Shown piece after piece: positions 7,947 to 18,043 of a stretch of DNA of 64,000 nt. Every line of letters starts with the position of its first letter. The first letter of the stretch is position 1. The notes under the pieces were generated by a model that worked only from the letters and a program-made list of their open reading frames with translations, searched no databases and was not told where the DNA came from. The position numbers were made by a program, and so were the translations under genes. This stretch comes from an uncultured delta proteobacterium (GTDB taxonomy: Bacteria; Desulfobacterota; Binatia; UBA9968). The stretch covers positions 1 to 64,000 of the forward strand of contig CAVWLW010000017.1 in NCBI GenBank assembly GCA_963755715.1, written 5' to 3'.

Positions 7947-8498
7947 TTAAATTTTCCCTTGCAAGCGAAGATATTCGATCCTTTGCCGAACGATCTCGCC
8001 CAAATCGGTGGTCGGCAAACCGTCAGGGATTTGGATTGATTCTGCGCCTAGTTGGATGAGCTTTTCGTCAAGCCCGCAGAGACTCGAACGGATGCGCTCG
8101 TAGTCCTGCAAGTATTGCCGGCAGGCCAAGATATTGTCGTCGATTTCTTCCAGACATTTCGAAAGTCGCCGGGTCTCTTGAGTAAAAGTTTGGCGTAGAT
8201 GATCGACGTTGGCCTGGATGATTTGTTCCTCCACCGGCCGTATTTGTTTAGCGATCTCGCTCTTCATGTCCTGCAGCGCTTGCAGTAAACGCTCGTAAGA
8301 TTGTTCTTCCCGCATAAGATCCTCCGGCAATTGAATTCTCGACTCGCGCGTCGAAATGTAGTGCTGTGCGAGAGACTCCGACACCCGCTTCTTGACCAGC
8401 GTCAGGGTCGCCTGGGTATCGCGAATTTTGTCGTCAAGCCGCGATTCATCGGCGATCAACTTGACCAGCTTTTCTAATGGACTTGACGCGAGGGACAC
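7947..8498 (-). CDS. Hypothetical coiled-coil protein
   Basis: 183 aa, heptad-rich, GTG start with GGAGAG RBS; C-terminal half similar to 2981..3277. Confidence 0.85.
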   Translation of the reverse strand: MSLASSPLEKLVKLIADESRLDDKIRDTQATLTLVKKRVSESLAQHYISTRESRIQLPEDLMREEQSYERLLQALQDMKSEIAKQIRPVEEQIIQANVDHLRQTFTQETRRLSKCLEEIDDNILACRQYLQDYERIRSSLCGLDEKLIQLGAESIQIPDGLPTTDLGEIVRQRIEYLRLQGKI

Positions 8499-8714
8499 GG
8501 TTCTCTCCGCTAAAACTCGGGAACGCTTTCGTAATCCTACTTACCGAGTCCGATGCCAAACTGCAAGAACCCATGAAAATAAGCGCAGACTGGTTAAGAT
8601 AGGGGAGTTTTGGGCGCAATCCCGCCACGGAACAAGAATGCAAAATGTCAAAACCTAGCTGGTGGATGGGCGCTGAAAAGGAATAACGAACAATATCATA
8701 GAGGGGCGCGTGGT

Positions 8715-9062
8715 TTAATCTTTGTCGGACCCTTTGTGATCGCGCAGCTCGCGCTTCCAACTCAAAGTCCGCGCCTTGGCCGCGATCTGTTCGGCTTCGG
8801 CGATCAAACCTTTCTTCTGGTAAAAAATCGACAGGCTGGTGTAGGCCAATTCATCATCGGGCGCAACTTCGATAAGCCGCTTGCCCGCTTCGATCGCTTC
8901 GTCAAATTTTTCCTGGTGCGCGTAGGTCATCGCCAATGCGTGCAGCGCGTCCGCATAGTTCGGGTCTTCCTCGAGCGCACGCAGATAAGCCGCGACGGCG
9001 GCATCCAACTTATCTTGGGCAAATAATTCCATGCCCTCGTTATAATGATCTTGTTTGTTCAC
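8715..9062 (-). CDS. Tetratricopeptide repeat protein
   Basis: AYLRALEEDPNYADALHALAMTY...AIEAGKRLIEVAPDDELAYTSL TPR pattern. Confidence 0.85.
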   Translation of the reverse strand: MNKQDHYNEGMELFAQDKLDAAVAAYLRALEEDPNYADALHALAMTYAHQEKFDEAIEAGKRLIEVAPDDELAYTSLSIFYQKKGLIAEAEQIAAKARTLSWKRELRDHKGSDKD

Positions 9063-9069
9063 GAGTCGC

Positions 9070-10224
9070 CTAGTGGACTTTACTGTCTTTGGCCAATGCG
9101 GCGGCGGGCGAAGGGTGCGAGGCGTTGGATTGGCTGATTTGTTCCGGACGACACTGTTGCAGCAGAATATTTTTGAGCATCGCGGGATTGACCGGTTTTT
9201 TAAAGATCACGCCTTGTAAGCCCTCGAGGCAACTCCGCTTGATGATATGATCCTTGTCGTAATTGAATGCAGTCATCAAAACCACCGGCAGCGCCGGCGT
9301 ATCTCTTTTGACCGCTTGATAAAGCTCGTAGCCATCCATGTCCGGCATCACGACGTCGCTCAATACGAGATCGAAGGACTGGCGCTGCAGCCATTCCAAC
9401 CCGTGTACCCCGGATTCGGCGGTCTCCACGCAGCAGCCCTCGGCCACGAGTAAATCCTTGAGCGACTGGCACACGCCGGCATCGTCGTCGACGATCAGCA
9501 CCTTGAGGCCGCTCAACGGATGGCGTTCATCGGGCTTGGGCCTGTCGCACGGCTTGGCGCCGTTCTCCACGTGCAGATCGGTCATCATCTTGCCGTGCAG
9601 ATATTCTTTGGTGCCGTACTCGCCCTCGTCTGCCATCTCGCTGATGCGGCTGGTGATATCCTGAATTTTTTTCACTTGAGACGCCAAAGAATCGAGCCGA
9701 TCGGATTCAACGAGATAGTCCTCGTCGCTGGCGACGCGTCCGACAAATTGGCGCAGCATCTCGATTTGATTGACCAGCACTTCCAGCGAGTTATTCATTT
9801 CATGGGACAACCCAATGGCAATTTCACCCAGGGTCACGAGCTGATCGCGCCGCCTGATTTCTCGGATATCTTTGGCGAACCCGATCGAGCCGATTTCATG
9901 ACCCTCGTCGTCGTAGGTAATCGACGCCGAGATTGCGACCGGAATTTTTTCGCCCTTTTTGGTTTTGAATACTGTCTCGAAATTGCGCAAGCGCCCTTGG
10001 CCCGAGGCATCGGCCGCGCGCATCGCCGCCATCACTCGCCTTGCTTCGTCAAGACTCGGATAAATTTCCAGGACGTTTTTTCCCAACACCTCTTCGTAGC
10101 TGAAGCCGAGGTTCTGACGCGCCCCGTCGTTATAAAAAATGATCGTCCCTTGCTTATCGACTGAAATGATAATATCGGGGCAACTCTCGACGAGTTTTTG
10201 GAAGTATTGTCCAGGGAGGGCCAT
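9070..10224 (-). CDS. PAS-HisKA-receiver hybrid protein lacking HATPase domain
   Basis: PAS/PAC at N-terminus; H-box GLSHEMNNSL; receiver VLIVDDD...SDVVMPDMDG...MTAF...KKP; no N/G1/F/G2 boxes. Confidence 0.85.
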   Translation of the reverse strand: MALPGQYFQKLVESCPDIIISVDKQGTIIFYNDGARQNLGFSYEEVLGKNVLEIYPSLDEARRVMAAMRAADASGQGRLRNFETVFKTKKGEKIPVAISASITYDDEGHEIGSIGFAKDIREIRRRDQLVTLGEIAIGLSHEMNNSLEVLVNQIEMLRQFVGRVASDEDYLVESDRLDSLASQVKKIQDITSRISEMADEGEYGTKEYLHGKMMTDLHVENGAKPCDRPKPDERHPLSGLKVLIVDDDAGVCQSLKDLLVAEGCCVETAESGVHGLEWLQRQSFDLVLSDVVMPDMDGYELYQAVKRDTPALPVVLMTAFNYDKDHIIKRSCLEGLQGVIFKKPVNPAMLKNILLQQCRPEQISQSNASHPSPAAALAKDSKVH

Positions 10225-10339
10225 AGGGGCTCAGTTGTATCTTGCATGATAAGTCGAACGACGATATCAATGCAAGAGCCCGGTAAACGCAGCCCGAGTA
10301 CACGCCACGAAATCGATTCACCGCGATTAACCGACTTTA

Positions 10340-12178
10340 ATGGGACCGACGAAAGACACCAGGCAGCTCACTTGGTTCTTGGCCTGGGCCGTAGTTTTTT
10401 GCGATATCGGCACCTCCGTTTATTATGTGCCCGGCATTCTTTACGGTCACGTCAAGGATGCCACGCCGTTTTTTGTTTTGCTCACCACCGGCGGTTTTAT
10501 CCTCCTGTCGCTCAAGTACATTGAAATTTCATGGCGCAATCCGGAAGGCGGCGGCGTCGTAACCATTACCACCAAAGCGTTCGGGCCGATGTGGGGCTGC
10601 CTGGGCGGCATGTTGATCACGGTGGATTATTTTCTTACCACGGCGATTTCGGCGGTCGCCGGATTTCAATATGTCGGCAGCGTGTTTCCTACCTTGGATG
10701 CGCACGTCGTGCTCCTTTCGTGCGCCGGCGTCGGCGTGCTCGCGGCACTCAACATCATCGGTATTCGCGAGAGCGCCGCGGTAGCGTTGGTCATGGCCTG
10801 CGCTTCTTTTGTCGTCAACCTCGTCGTGATTGGCAGCGCGGTCACGACCATGGATAGCAACCAATGGCACGCGGTGCTCAGCCGGATGGGAACCGGCCAT
10901 AATATTTCGCTTTACGACCTTCTGGTCGGCTTCGCGTCGGCGTGGCTCGCTTTTTCCGGTCTGGAGAGCATCAGCCAGCTCAGTCCGACGATGCGCTTCC
11001 CACTGCGTCAAACAACCCGCCGCGCCATGATCGCAGTGATTATAACGATGGTGGTCACGGCACCGATCTTGACCGCATTGTCGATCGGCTTGCTGCCCGC
11101 GCAAATCAAGGCAACCGAAAGCGAGCGCTTCATTTCCGAGCTGGCCATGGCAGTCGGCGGCATCAGCGTAAAGCTCGCCGTGGTTCTCACCGCATCGAGC
11201 TTGCTTTTGTTTGCTTCCAACACGGCGATCATCGGTTCTTACCACGTCTTTTTGGCGCTCGTGAAAGGCGGCTTCCTGCCGAAAATCCTGGCCGTGCGCA
11301 ACGGCACTTTCAATACGCCGCACATCGCCGTCGGCATCGCCACCAGCATTCCGATGTTGGTGATTTTGTCGAGCGGCGGTGAAATGAAACTGCTCGGCGA
11401 CATGTACGCGTTCGGCCTCTTGGGCGCCTTTGTATTTTCCTCCCTGAGCTTGGATTCGATCCGCTGGCGGCTCGGCCGGCGCGACTTCGGCTTTTGGGTC
11501 GGCGTTTTCACCACGGCGATGGTGATGGTCGCTTGGGGTATCAATCTCATCGAGAAACAGCTCGCCACCTATTTCGGCGGCGCGGTCACGGCGATCGGTA
11601 TGCTCACCGCGGTCGGCGTGCGGCGTGCCTGGTTCGTCGATTTGCTCGTGCAAATTCCGTTTCTGCAGCGCCTCCAGGCGCGCGCCTACCGCGCTTCCGA
11701 AGATCTGGTTGAAGACGAGCTCAAGGGTTTGGTGACGCTCGCCGAAGCGGTCGAGCTAAAGCCGTTTTACTCCTCATCGACGCTGCTCGCCTTGCGCGAC
11801 GAATCACCGCGCTTGATTCAGGAAGGCATTACCCGCGTCAAAGGACGCGGCGAGTCGGCGCTCTATTGCATCTACGTAGAAGAATGGCCGGGGCTATTTG
11901 CCGGCGAAACGCCGCATGTCCCCAATGAGCAAGGCATCCGCACGCTGCGCGCCGCCTTACAAGCCACGCGCGAAAAGAACATCGAGATTATTCCGATCTG
12001 GACGGTCTCGCACAACGCCGCCGAAGCCCTCGCTAACGCCGCTAAGGTGCTCGACGTCGACACCGTTATTATCGGCGCTTCTCGGCGTTCGGCGTTTTAT
12101 CACATGCTGCGCGGCCACGTGCTTAAAGGGTTGACGAAGAAGCTGCCGCGGGATTGCCACTTGCTGATTTCCAACTAA
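10340..12178 (+). CDS. APC-superfamily permease (KUP/KimA-like) with C-terminal USP-like domain
   Basis: About 12 hydrophobic segments; VVFCDIGTSVYY, PEGGG, AFSGLESISQ; C-terminal VDTVIIGASRRSAFYHMLRGHV USP signature. Confidence 0.85.
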   Translation: MGPTKDTRQLTWFLAWAVVFCDIGTSVYYVPGILYGHVKDATPFFVLLTTGGFILLSLKYIEISWRNPEGGGVVTITTKAFGPMWGCLGGMLITVDYFLTTAISAVAGFQYVGSVFPTLDAHVVLLSCAGVGVLAALNIIGIRESAAVALVMACASFVVNLVVIGSAVTTMDSNQWHAVLSRMGTGHNISLYDLLVGFASAWLAFSGLESISQLSPTMRFPLRQTTRRAMIAVIITMVVTAPILTALSIGLLPAQIKATESERFISELAMAVGGISVKLAVVLTASSLLLFASNTAIIGSYHVFLALVKGGFLPKILAVRNGTFNTPHIAVGIATSIPMLVILSSGGEMKLLGDMYAFGLLGAFVFSSLSLDSIRWRLGRRDFGFWVGVFTTAMVMVAWGINLIEKQLATYFGGAVTAIGMLTAVGVRRAWFVDLLVQIPFLQRLQARAYRASEDLVEDELKGLVTLAEAVELKPFYSSSTLLALRDESPRLIQEGITRVKGRGESALYCIYVEEWPGLFAGETPHVPNEQGIRTLRAALQATREKNIEIIPIWTVSHNAAEALANAAKVLDVDTVIIGASRRSAFYHMLRGHVLKGLTKKLPRDCHLLISN

Positions 12179-12237
12179 GCCCAGCGCGGGACCGGGGCGA
12201 ACCAGGTCGCGGGTTAGAAAACAGCTTTGACATGGTC

Positions 12238-13258
12238 TTAGCGCATGCCGAGGTTTTTAAGAAATCCCGACTTGGATAACGCCGCGACAAAAGTATTGTC
12301 GTAGAAATCCCTCGGATCGGCGTTCTTGGCGTTGGGAAATTCTTTCTCGTCGAGATATTCGAATTGTCCTTTGATCGCCTCGGGGCGCACGCTCAGGCTC
12401 ATCGCCCAGTACGGCGCAAACGCCTCGTAGGTGCCGTCGATGGTCGGGCCGTCTTCGATCTTGGCGTATTTGGCGATCGCCTTCTTGGCAACGGCGCTAT
12501 CCTTGCGCGACAGCACAACGCCTTCGGCGATCGCTTTAAGAAACGCGTAAACATTGTTTGGATTATTCTTGAGATACTTTTCCGTGGTGCCGTAGGCGAC
12601 CTGGAAGGCGGGGATATTCAGCTTGCCGATATCGACCAAAAGGTTCAGCCCCGACTCCTTCGCTTTCAGCGTGTTCGGCGCCGAGAGCGTGCCGGCCGCA
12701 GTCTTGCCGCCGATGATGGCGCTGAGAATCGCCGGCACGGTCTGGACGTAAAGAATTTGCACGTCCTTGTCCGGCGCCAGGCCGTTTTTTTTCAGCGCTT
12801 CCCGCGTCGCGGTATCGAGCGCCGCGCGCGGCGTGCTCGCGGCCACCGTTTTGCCTTTTAATTCCTGGATCGTCTTGAACTCTTTTGCTGCCCAAATCTC
12901 GAATACCAGTTGCTGCATCGTGCCGCCGAAATATTTCACCTGTCCGCCGCGCAGCCGCGCATTGATCAGATCGGGTCCGTCTGTGTAAAAATCCGCCTCT
13001 TCCGACACGACGGCCTGAGCGGAAACTTGCGGCGTGAGCAGTTGCAAGGTTGCGTTCAAACCGTATTTCTTGAATAGGCCGGCTTCATAAGCAACCCAGA
13101 TCGGCGTGAACGCGCCGCTCGGTTGCGCGTAAGTGACAATCACATCCGGTTTCTCAGGCTTGCCACCGGCGTCGGCGCCAAACGACGGCGCGACCGATAC
13201 CGAGACGCAACCATGCGGTCACCATGATGGCAACTAATTTCGCTCTAACCATTCCCAT
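12238..13258 (-). CDS. NMT1/SsuA-like ABC substrate-binding protein (indel near 13210)
   Basis: PIWVAYEAGLFKKYGL, ELKGKTVA; signal peptide MGMVRAKLVAIMVTA at 13258 with GGAGG RBS is in a different frame. Confidence 0.85.
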
Positions 13259-15052
13259 TCCCTCCACGAGTCTGACCCCGATGGTCAAATCTTTCAACCC
13301 GAGACGCCGAGAAGCAAAACTCGAAACGGCCTCTGCGGGCCGCACATCGACGATTTTTAACTCCACGGTCGAGTTGCCGTTCCACTCATTCTCGCCGAGC
13401 CGATAGGCGATATCGATGCTTTCGCCCGGCATGCCTGGATAATCGTCGCCAACGCCGAAGATAACGCCGCTGATAACGCGGCCAGCCTGACGCAGCCGGT
13501 AGCGCACGCCGGCGGAAAAAACTTTGCGCTCGCAAACCTGGGCGGCGGAAGTCATGAACAGCGGCTCGGGATTGCCAACGCCAAAAGGTTTAAGGATATC
13601 CAGCTCGCGCAACAGTGGATGGCCGATTTGGGCAAAATCCAAGGACCCGTCCACCTCCAACAGCGGCAGGAGGTTTTCGGCTGTAAGCAACTGACTCGCG
13701 ACGGCTTCGAAGGCTTCGGCAAAACAATCGAGCTTGTCTGGTGTGATCGACAAGCCGCCGGCGTATTCATGACCGCCGAACTTTTCCAGATGCTCGGCGC
13801 AGCGGCGAAATCCATCGACTAAGTGAAAGCCGCGAATGCTGCGCGCCGAGCCTTTACCTTCGCGGCCGTTGAAACCGATGACGACCGTCGGCCGATAGTA
13901 CTTCTCGACGATGCGCGCAGCGACGATACCGAGCACGCCGGGATGCCATCCTTCGCCCGCTACGACCAGCGAATAGCGACTGCCGCCGTCGATTACGGCG
14001 CTAGCTCGCACCAGCGCTTGCTCGAGCACCGCGGCCTCGACTGCCCGCCGTTCGCTGTTGTGGGCGTCCAGTTCTTGGGCGATGCGCAGCGCGACTTCAC
14101 TCGACTGAGTCGTCAGCAACTCGACAACTTTGATGCCGTAATCGACGCGGCCCGCGGCGTTGATGCGCGGGCCCAAACGAAAGCCCACTTGCCCGGCAGT
14201 AACAGCGCCGTCTGGAATGCCCGCGACCTGTTTGAGCGCGACGACTCCCGGTCGGGTAGACGCGCTCAGCTCGACAAGACCGCGGCGCAGCAGCGTGCGA
14301 TTGACGCCCGTGAGCGGCACCATGTCGGCAATCGTGCCAAGCGTGACAATATCGAGATAGCGCCGGAGGTCGGGCACCGCGCCTTGAAACCAACTCTCGT
14401 CGCGCAATTTGGCGCGCAAACCAATGACGAGATAGAACGCCAACCCCGCAGCACAGAGTCCTTTATCGGGAAACAGACAATCCTTGCGATGCGGATTGAT
14501 CACCGCCACAGCCGCGGGCAACTCTTCCGGCACCTGATGATGATCAACGATGATCACGTCGAGATCGAATTGCCGCGCGGCCGCCACTTCCCGGGCATTG
14601 GCGATACCGCAATCGATCGTCACTAACAAATCGACGCCCCGTTCTTTCAGCCGACGCAGCCCGTCGACGTTAAGGCCGTAGCCTTCTTCGATACGGTGCG
14701 GCACATAGTAGATCGGCTCCGCGCCGAGCTCGCGCAGAAAGGTCACCAGCACGGAAGCGCCGGTGGTGCCGTCGACGTCGTAATCGCCCCAGACGCCGAT
14801 TTGCTCGTGGTTGCGAATCGCTTGGATCAAGCGGCGCACCGCCGGCTCCATATCGATCATTTGGAATGGTGAGGGCAAATCTTCGCGCAGGCTCGAAGAG
14901 AGATAGCGCCGCGCGGAATCGACTTCGGCATAACCGCGCAGACAGAGGATACGCGCCACCAGCGAGGAAATGCCTAATTGCTCGGCCTGACGCGCAGCGC
15001 ACGCTTCGTCGAATGGTTTCAGCACCCAGCGTTTGGCGAGGTCACTGCGCAT
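13154..15052 (-). CDS. recJ: ssDNA-specific exonuclease RecJ (true stop probably near 13300, lost by indel)
   Basis: GDYDVDG, TIDCG, VDHH, LGTIADMVPL, PRINAAGR, GSARS, FGGH, LKPFGVGNPEP. Confidence 0.95.
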   Translation of the reverse strand: MRSDLAKRWVLKPFDEACAARQAEQLGISSLVARILCLRGYAEVDSARRYLSSSLREDLPSPFQMIDMEPAVRRLIQAIRNHEQIGVWGDYDVDGTTGASVLVTFLRELGAEPIYYVPHRIEEGYGLNVDGLRRLKERGVDLLVTIDCGIANAREVAAARQFDLDVIIVDHHQVPEELPAAVAVINPHRKDCLFPDKGLCAAGLAFYLVIGLRAKLRDESWFQGAVPDLRRYLDIVTLGTIADMVPLTGVNRTLLRRGLVELSASTRPGVVALKQVAGIPDGAVTAGQVGFRLGPRINAAGRVDYGIKVVELLTTQSSEVALRIAQELDAHNSERRAVEAAVLEQALVRASAVIDGGSRYSLVVAGEGWHPGVLGIVAARIVEKYYRPTVVIGFNGREGKGSARSIRGFHLVDGFRRCAEHLEKFGGHEYAGGLSITPDKLDCFAEAFEAVASQLLTAENLLPLLEVDGSLDFAQIGHPLLRELDILKPFGVGNPEPLFMTSAAQVCERKVFSAGVRYRLRQAGRVISGVIFGVGDDYPGMPGESIDIAYRLGENEWNGNSTVELKIVDVRPAEAVSSFASRRLGLKDLTIGVRLVEGMGMVRAKLVAIMVTAWLRLGIGRAVVWRRRRWQA

Positions 15053-15156
15053 CTGAAATAGCGGCAGGATAGTTGGGTTGTCCGACCGCCGCGGACAATG
15101 CATGCATCAGGGTCAAGCGCACTAAATGGCTTTCTAGCTGAATTAAATATCGTTGA

Positions 15157-16066
15157 TCACTGTTTCTTTGCCACCGCCCGCTTCTCCCATAAGAGAACGA
15201 CCGGACTCGCGATAAAGATCGTCGAGTAAACGCCGGAAAAAAAACCGACCAACAGAGCAAATGCAAACGGTCGTATCACTCCCCCGCCGAGAAGAAAAAG
15301 CGCCAAGAGCACGAGAATGGCGGTGCCGGTGGTAATAATAGTCCGGCTGAGGGTCTCGTTGATGCTGGTATTGATAATGGTCTCGAGGCTGTCCCGCTTG
15401 ATCTTGCGCATGTTTTCCCGAACTCGATCGCAGACGATAACCGTGTCGTTGACAGAAAATCCGACGACGGTCAGCAGCGCTGCGACGATAGTCAGATCGA
15501 ATTCGTAGTTGGCGATAATCAGCGCGCCGATCGTGACCAAAACGTCATGGACCAAGGCAATCACCGCGCCCAAACCAAAACGGAGCTCAAAACGAAGCCA
15601 GATGTAGATCCCCATCATGACAGTCGCCGCGATCACCGACCAAGCCCCTTTCTGACGTAGATTCGGCGCCGACCTTCGGCCCCACCGACTCGATGCGGCG
15701 AACTTCAAAACCGTCGCTGCCGAACTGTTTGCCAAGCCTTGCCTTGATCTGTTCGCCGAGCTCGCCGAGCTGCACCGAGGTTCTCTGCAAACGCACGAGA
15801 AATTCGTTTGATCCTTCTTGACCGAAATCTTGAATCACCGTGTCGCCCGCGCCGAGTTCGCCCAAGGCGTTCCGAATCTCCGGGATCGATACCGGCTTGG
15901 TAAACTTCAGCTGCGCCACGGTGCCGCCCGCGAAATCGACGCCGAGCAGCGGCCCTTTGGTAAAAAGTAAGACGAGAATCAACAGATTGACGACCGACGA
16001 GATCCCGATGGCAATATAACGGTAGCGGGTAAATGGTATCTTGCTGCCCGGCTTGATTAGTTCCAT
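15157..16066 (-). CDS. secF: Protein translocase subunit SecF (frameshift near 15670)
   Basis: LGVDFAGGT, ESVGPKVG, HDVLVT, GFSVNDTVIVCDRVREN, TLSRTIIT across two overlapping ORFs. Confidence 0.95.
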
Positions 16067-16076
16067 GACGTTTCCT

Positions 16077-17679
16077 TCAGATGCTGATTTGCTTCAATTT
16101 GCCCGTGACTGCCCGGTAATCATAGTAAATCCGGGTCATGTAGACGGCCGTGATCACCGTCGTCAATATACCGATGCAGAGCGTTACCGCGAAGCCTTTG
16201 ATCGGACCCGTACCGAACTGAAAGAGAATAACCCCGGAAAGAAACGTCGTGACGTTGGTATCGATGATCGCCGGCATGGCGTGTTGAAATCCGGCTTCTA
16301 TGGCGGAACGGGGCGTTCGGCCGGCGTGCAGTTCCTCGCGAATCCGTTCGTTAATCAGCACGTTGGCGTCCACGGCCATACCGGCGATGAGCACGATGCC
16401 GGCGATACCCGGCATCGTCAGCACGGCTTTGAAAGCGGCCAGGATCGCCAACAGGAAAAGAATGTGAAACAGCAGCGCGACATCGGCGAGCACCCCGGCT
16501 CCGCGGTAGTAAGCGATCATGAATATGATAACCAAGCTGGCGCCGACGACGAACGAGATCACGCCTTGGCGAATAGAATCGCTTCCTAACGAAGGCCCGA
16601 CGGTCCTCTCTTCAAGGATCTCGACCGGCGCCGGCAACGCGCCCGCGCGCAAAACAATCGATAGGTCCCGCGCTTCTTTAATATCGAAATTACCGGTAAT
16701 CGAAGCCCGACCGCCGCCGATTCGTTCCTGGATAACCGGCGCCGAATAGACGCGGTTGTCGAGCACGATGGCCAGCCGACGCTTCACGTTGGCCGCGGTG
16801 ATCTGCTCAAATAGTCTTGCGCCCGCGCCGTTCAGAATCAACTCGACCGAGGCTCCTTGCAGTTGCTGCGCCGGTCGCACGCGCGCGTCCTGAACATATT
16901 CACCTGTCATCAACGGGCGCGACTCCAGCACGTAGGCTTGTTTTTCCGTACCGGCTCCCTCCCCTCGACCGGCATGACCGTAAAGCAATTGTCGCCCAGG
17001 TGGCGGGCCGTTTTTGATCGCATCATCAACATTGGCCGTGTCGTCGACGAGCTTGAATTCCAAAAGAGCCGTCTTGCCGATGATCTCCTTGGCGCGTTCT
17101 GGATCTTGAATGCCGGGAAGCTGGATCAGGATATTTTCTTGTCCTTCGCGTTGAATAATCGGCTCGCTTACGCCGAATTGATCGATCCGGTTACGAATCG
17201 TTTCCAAAGACTGATCGACGGCATAGTCCCGCAGAGAGCGCAGCTCTTCCTTGTTGAGGGTCAAATAAAACTCCGTGCCACCCGCCCCGGTCTGCGGCGT
17301 CTTCGCTTCAGCCAGGTAAGCGAAATCGCTTTTCAATATGCCGCGCACCCGCTCAGCGTTCGCCGCCGATACTTTGATCTGGAGCTGGGTGCCCTCGGTT
17401 CGTTCCACCGAGACGCCCGAAACGCCCTTCTCGCGTAACGCATTGGTGAGCTCGCCCCGGACCCGCTCCACATTATTTTCGATTGCCTTGTCAACCTTCA
17501 CGCCGAGGACCAGATGGCTGCCGCCTTGGAGATCAAGCCCAAGATTGATTCGATCCGTCGGTAAAAAACTGGCCCACCAGGCAGGCAATGGGCTCACGAA
17601 GGTAGGCAGCAAATAGATGATCGCCGCCAAGATGGCGATGCCGAAAGAGACTCGCCCGCGTCAAAACACTTTGCCGCAT
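16077..17679 (-). CDS. secD: Protein translocase subunit SecD (indel near 17645)
   Basis: LGLDLQGG, RNRIDQFGVSEP, LRAGALPAP, VGPSLG, GMAVDANVLINERIREE; likely ATG at 17679. Confidence 0.96.
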
Positions 17680-17682
17680 TCC

Positions 17683-18018
17683 CTAGTCCTTTCCTTCTTT
17701 CGCTGCGGATTTCTCACCGGTGAGCACGGCCGAGATCTGCGGACGGTGCACGCGGATTCGCACGTTCGGAGCCACCTCCAACGTCACCACCGTTTCCTTT
17801 AAGTCGACTACCTTACCGTAAATTCCGCCCGAGGTCATCACCTCGTCGTTCTTTTTCAATTTGTTCAGCAGCTCCTGGTGCTCTTTGCCCTTCTTTTGCT
17901 GAGGACGAATCACCATAAAATACATGATGACGAAAATCAGGGCGAAGGGAATCAGCGTCATCATAGGGCCGGGACCGCCGATGCCCGGCCCGTTTTGCGC
18001 GTATGCGATATCGAACAT
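17683..18018 (-). CDS. yajC: Preprotein translocase subunit YajC
   Basis: YFMVIRPQQKK, LKKNDEVMTSGGIYG; synteny tgt-yajC-secD. Confidence 0.95.
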   Translation of the reverse strand: MFDIAYAQNGPGIGGPGPMMTLIPFALIFVIMYFMVIRPQQKKGKEHQELLNKLKKNDEVMTSGGIYGKVVDLKETVVTLEVAPNVRIRVHRPQISAVLTGEKSAAKEGKD

Positions 18019-18043
18019 ACTTCCTCCCACTATTTATATTGGC

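Noticed and set aside
1570-8700. Prophage or Tn7/Mu-like element (tRNA-adjacent, endolysin, AAA ATPase)
   Set aside because: No integrase, transposase, structural genes or att repeat seen; the ATPase has the ExeA-type N-terminus.
13154-13320. RecJ with a hydrophobic C-terminal extension
   Set aside because: The extension is the signal peptide of the downstream SBP, joined by indels.
15157-16066. Programmed frameshifting or true pseudogenes in secF, coaBC, cca and others
   Set aside because: Too many, in essential genes, with no consistent slippery motif; sequencing error is more parsimonious.
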